NCBI GenBank assembly: GCA_028534125.1
Contig: CM052832.1
Coordinates: forward strand, 18,664,001-18,728,000
Reading direction: 5' to 3'
Source of the DNA: Lama glama
Taxonomy: Eukaryota
DNA: 64,000 nt
Part shown: positions 59,159 through 64,000 of the stretch, one piece after another
Numbering within the stretch: position 1 is the first letter of the stretch
Layout: each line of letters opens with the position of its first letter
Program-made: the position numbers and the translations under genes
Notes under the pieces: generated by a model
Told to the model about the DNA's origin: nothing
The model's input: the letters and a program-made list of their open reading frames with translations, nothing else
Databases searched by the model: none

Positions 59159-60112
59159 TGTGAGATAATAGAAAATATATATTGGTCTCTGCCCCCATGC
59201 CCATTCCCAGCACAGAGCCTCTAAAACCCTTGTGATTTTCTAGGTGATAAGAGCGCTAGAAGCATCTCTTGTTCTAATATTTGTCTTTGACCCTGACCCT
59301 GACACAGGTGTCCTAAAAATCCAATAAATTCCTAAGTGATAAGAGCATTAGGAGTATCTTTTGTGCTAGTGAGGCAACTCTGGGTGGGCTCCTGGATGTG
59401 GGCTGCTCACCAGAAAGACCAAGCCATGATGAGAAGCTTGGAATTTTCAGCCCCACCCCACAACACTTCTTCAGAAAGGGGAGAAGGCCTGAAATGCAGT
59501 TATAATTGATCATGCCTACGTGACAAAGCCTCCATAAACATCCCAACAGCATGAATTCTGGACAGCTTCTGGGTTAATTAACACATTCCAACCAGGAAGG
59601 TTATGCACTCCAACTCCACAGGAACTGAAGCTCTTGTGCTCGGGACCCTCCCAGACCTCACCCTATGTATCTCTTCATCTGGCTGTTCACCTGCATCCTT
59701 TATCATATCCTTCAATAAACTAGCAAATGTAAGGAAGTGTTTCCCTGAGTTCTGTGAACCACTCTAGCAAATTAATCAAACCCAAGGAGTGGGTCTTTGG
59801 AACCTCTGATAACCTTGACTTGAGACTGTCTAAAGAGGTTGAGGGTGGCGGGGGCACAGCAGTCTCGTGGGGCTGAGCCCTTACCTGTAGGATTTGATAT
59901 CATCTCCAGGTAGATACTGAGTTGAACTGTAGGACACCCAGCCAGCGTTGCAGGGAACTGCTTGGTGTGTGTGCGGTAGGGGGTGGGAAGGGGGGCCTTC
60001 CATTTATCTGGTGATCGGAAGTGTCAGACTGAAATGTTTTGTGTGAATAGTAAAGGAGACACACAGGAAAGGGAAACACAGAAGGAAGGGGGAAACTGAG
60101 GTCTTCCCTACA
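59159..60112 (+). mobile_element. Solo LTR, MER21-like, second copy
   Basis: Starts TGTGAGATAATAGAAAATATATATTGGTCTCTGCCC; shares internal blocks with the first copy (gttctaatatttg, gggctcctggatg, cttcatctggctgttca, ccctgagttctg); ends ...CCCTACA. Confidence 0.75.
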
Positions 60113-60821
60113 TCAGATGAAAAAAAACTTTTCAAGCAGAATACGAAGAATGCACAAAGGCACAAGGTATGAAGGGATATTTCAAATATTATTACAGATG
60201 TGCTGATGTGGCAAAATAATAACAGAACTGGATAGATGAGAGGAGGGTGAGTGGAGGCAGGAAAGCACCTGGGGAAGGAAAGGCAATTTTCAGGACAGGA
60301 AATAGAGGGGGTAGAGCTACAGAGGTGACTGTGACAGGGCAGTCAGGCCCAGCCATTTTCTGCACAGCAGAGAGTCCATCTGACAGGGGGGTGCATGCGG
60401 GAGGGGGGGGAACCAGGCACAAGGAAGAAGGGACTGCTGATGTTCTTCCAAGGATGAACCAAGAGAAACACAAACAGTGGTGATCCTTTTTAACATATAG
60501 AAGTATTAAACCGCTATGCTGTGCACCTGGAACTAACGCAGTGTTGTACGTCAATTACACTTCAAAAAAAACAAACAAACAAAAGAACGTTGCTAAATAA
60601 AAAACAAAACAGCAAACACTACCAGCTGCCTCTAGGAATGTGAGCCAGGAGGCAGGAGGCAGCCAGGTGAGTGTTCACTGACTCAGAGTTTAAAAAGCTG
60701 GAGACTGCAATGTATGCGTCAGAATTATTCTCTACTCTGAAAGCATTTCACTGCAAAACAGCAGAATTCCAAGCATATAATTTCCTTGTCTTAAAACTGT
60801 CATAGTACTACAATACATATA

Positions 60822-61014
60822 CAGTGGACCCCTGAACAACACAGGAACTACTCTGTATATAACTTGTTGTCAGCTCTCTACAGCCACGATTCCTCCACTT
60901 CTGGGGATTCAACCAACCATGGATCGTGTAGTATTATACAGTATTTACTACTGAAAAATATCCACATGTAAGTGGACCAAGGAAGTGCAAACCACAGTGT
61001 CCAAGAGCAAACTG
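60822..61014 (-). mobile_element. Tigger2a-like MITE
   Basis: TA|cagtggacccctgaacaacac...gtgtccaagagcaaactg|TA; internal segment is the reverse complement of the other copies (gaaaaatatccacatgtaagtggacc). Confidence 0.6.
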
Positions 61015-61088
61015 TATTTTTAAATGCACATACATAACTGAGTAATAATTCTAACCATTTCAGGTAGCACGCTACAGCAGAAATATTA

Positions 61089-61286
<198 letters not shown>

Positions 61287-62144
61287 CTAACTTAAGTATG
61301 ATTCAAATTTAAGTGATCACTTTTTCTTCCTAATATTAGACCTTGTTTTCTAATCATCTACCATCATGCCTCCTTTTCTTTGTTTCACCACTACTCTCCT
61401 TTCCTGTAGGATAGAAAAGCATAACAAGTATCAAAACTTTACCATTAGAGATGTTTTTCTTTGGACCAAGTGTTATCCTCTCCTCACAGTCCTTTTTCAA
61501 ATGCAAATACTCTTGGGAAGAATGATATAAGTCTGCCTCCCTCTTCTTTTTAAACTGTCTTAATGAGTTGATCACTTTTCTGGGTGAGCAGATGCATGCT
61601 ATTTAATTATTGCCAAGAAAAAAAATGTGATATTAACTATTCAGGTAACAGCTTCCCTTTAGCATATGTATTCCAATATTTAATTGGCTTATGGCTAACA
61701 ACCTCAGACAAAGCATCAGGCTTGTTCCAATTTCTTAAAGGTAGGTTTCATAACATAAAATAACTCCCAAGGAATTTACAGTATTAAAAATCGGTCTCTA
61801 AATTTAATGGCCAGAGTGGGGCACCATGAATATCAGCTCATTCATCCAAAGATTGCAATGAATGTAGACTCTTTTCTGGAAGGAAATAAGTAATACATGA
61901 ATGTATGCTCTTCCTATAGGTCCTTCAAAAAACCTCCTGCTGCACCTGAGTTATCACCCCCCGGGGGCATGCTTTGGGGAAGAATCCTAAAACAGTTTTA
62001 ACCACATGGTCCCACAGACTGAGTCTCAAACCGCAGGCACCGAGAAGTTTGTAAAAATTCATTACGGTAAAAACTTGGGATCTACGGACTTTTCTGAATG
62101 TACATTATTCGTCAATGAAAACAATTACTTCAAAAAATTAGGTA

Positions 62145-63164
62145 TGGAAGATAAAAGAGGGAAAAAACCTCTAACTGTGGGTATTGCTGTGACTTTTTAG
62201 ATACAACACCAAAGGCACAGTCCATGAAAGAAATCATTGGTAAGCTGGGCTTCATTAAAATTGAAAAGTTCTGCTCTGCAAAAGACAATGTCGAAAGACA
62301 GGACAAGCCACAGACTGAGAGGAAATCTTTGCAAAAAGGCACATCTGATAAAGGACTGTTATTCGAAATATACAAAGAACTCTTAAAACTCAACACTAAG
62401 AAAATGAACAAGCTAGTTTTAAAATAAGCCAAGACCTTAACAGACATCTCACCAAAGATAGACAGATGGCTAATAAGCATATGAAAAGATGCTCCACATC
62501 ACTGTCATCAGTTAAAACAACAATAAGATACTACTAGACACCTATTAGGATGGCGAAAACCTGAAACACTGACAATACCAAATGCTGGCCAAGATGTGGA
62601 GCAAGAGGAACTCTCATTCATTGCTGGGGAGAATGCAAAATGGTATGGCCACCTTGGAAGACAGTTTGGTGGTTCCTTACAAAACTAAACATATCATTAC
62701 TGTGTGAGCCAGCAATCACATCCCTTGGTATTTACCCAAAGGAGTTGAAAACTATATGAAATTCTGGAAAAGGCAAAACTATAGAGATAGTAGAAAGATC
62801 AGTGACTGACAGGGGTTGGGTGTGGGGCGGGGGCATGAGGAGGAGGATAAATAGGTACAGAACTTCTCGGGTAGTGAAAATACTCTGTATAAAGCTATAG
62901 TGATGGGTGCATGTTATCACACATTTGTCCCATCCCACAGGTTGTACAACACCAAGAGTGAACCCTAGTGAAAACTGTGGACTTCCCTGATGATATGTGT
63001 CAAGGTAGGGTCATCAATTGTAACAAATGTATCAGTCTGGTGATAGATACTGATAATAGGGGAGGCTCCCCATTTGTAGGGACAGGGAGTACATGGGAAA
63101 TCTCTGTATCTTCTCAATTTTGCTGTGAACCTAAAACTAACCTTAAAAAAATTAAGTCTCTTTT
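62145..63164 (+). mobile_element. LINE-1 fragment (ORF2 C-terminus + L1MC-type 3'UTR)
   Basis: ORF 62224..62427 (IGKLGFIKIEKFCSAKD...DKGLLFEIYKELLKLN) resembles L1 ORF2; 3'UTR caacaccaagagtgaaccc; candidate TSD AAAAAATTAGGTA at 62132-62144 and 63165-63177. Confidence 0.85.
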
Positions 63165-64000
63165 AAAAAATTAGGTACGTAAGAGGGAAGGCTCTCAGAG
63201 TTTTACTTTAATTACGAGTAAAAGAGTTATCATTGCCTACTCTTAACCAATTCTTTCATGTCTTTTTTCACTTAGCAAAAAATATATGCTACTACAATGT
63301 TAAAAAAATTACATATCTCCAAATCATGCTAAAAATATCATTAGATCAAAGTTAAAACCTACCACTAAACTTCAAACTTATTGCACTCAGGTTGACTCGA
63401 GTTGTTCTGCTTTGTTCTTTGAGAAGATGGTAATTTTTAAACTGTCAATATTTTCTTTTGTGTCAGACACACCGGTAACATCGTGTAAAACTATAAATGC
63501 CTATACTTAAATGCAAGGCCAGAAAGGAACAATTATTTTATGCTACTGGTGACACCCATCCATCTGTTCATTCCTTGATCATAAACTTTCTTTTTAAAAG
63601 GAAGGTAGATGAAAATCCAAAAGGATTTTTCTCTAGAAATAGAACTATCAAACACTAAGTAGTGAAAATAATAAAAAGTGAACTCCTGAATTAGAATAAA
63701 GGTGAAGACAGGTTTGATAATTCACCAAAAGGAAAAAGAAGGACTAAAGGTAAACAGGATTAAAGGTAAAAAGAACCAAAGACACAGATACAAGATTGTC
63801 CGGTTCAAGTATTTTTTTATCTAATTCTACACTAAGTTCCTAGCTTCTTTCTTTCTTGACAAAAATATTTTGTTTCAGTTTCCTAGGCAGCCACAAGTCA
63901 TAAATACATGATAGTTCTTTTTAAAGAGACACCCTTGCTAAGTGCTAATGGAATGAAAGGCCTAACTGGAGTTTGTATTGTTCATTTTTTTTGAAAATGA

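Overview
Mammalian genomic DNA, probably from a camelid given the tRNA-Ala-derived SINEs. The whole window lies inside one gene, CARMIL1 (LRRC16A; capping protein regulator and myosin 1 linker 1), and consists of three contigs joined by two gaps of exactly 500 N (36057-36556 and 53549-54048). Twelve constitutive coding exons can be read with GT-AG boundaries and consistent phases: one LRR exon on the minus strand in contig 3, six LRR exons on the PLUS strand in contig 2, and five exons on the minus strand in contig 1 (helical dimerisation region to the CPI motif). The middle contig is therefore inverted relative to its neighbours, and about eight expected exons were not found. Both are most likely scaffolding artefacts. 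Two in-frame microexons missed by the ORF track were found: 12 nt (LGHC) at 40920-40931 and 18 nt (TLCCTS) at 5060-5077. The CPI motif differs from the human/mouse sequence as I recall it. The introns hold SINEs, L1/L2/MIR fragments, two MER21-like solo LTRs and Tigger-type MITEs. I see no evidence for a wholly new multi-gene system. Exon numbers are approximate and, like all orthologue comparisons and repeat family names, come from memory rather than a search.
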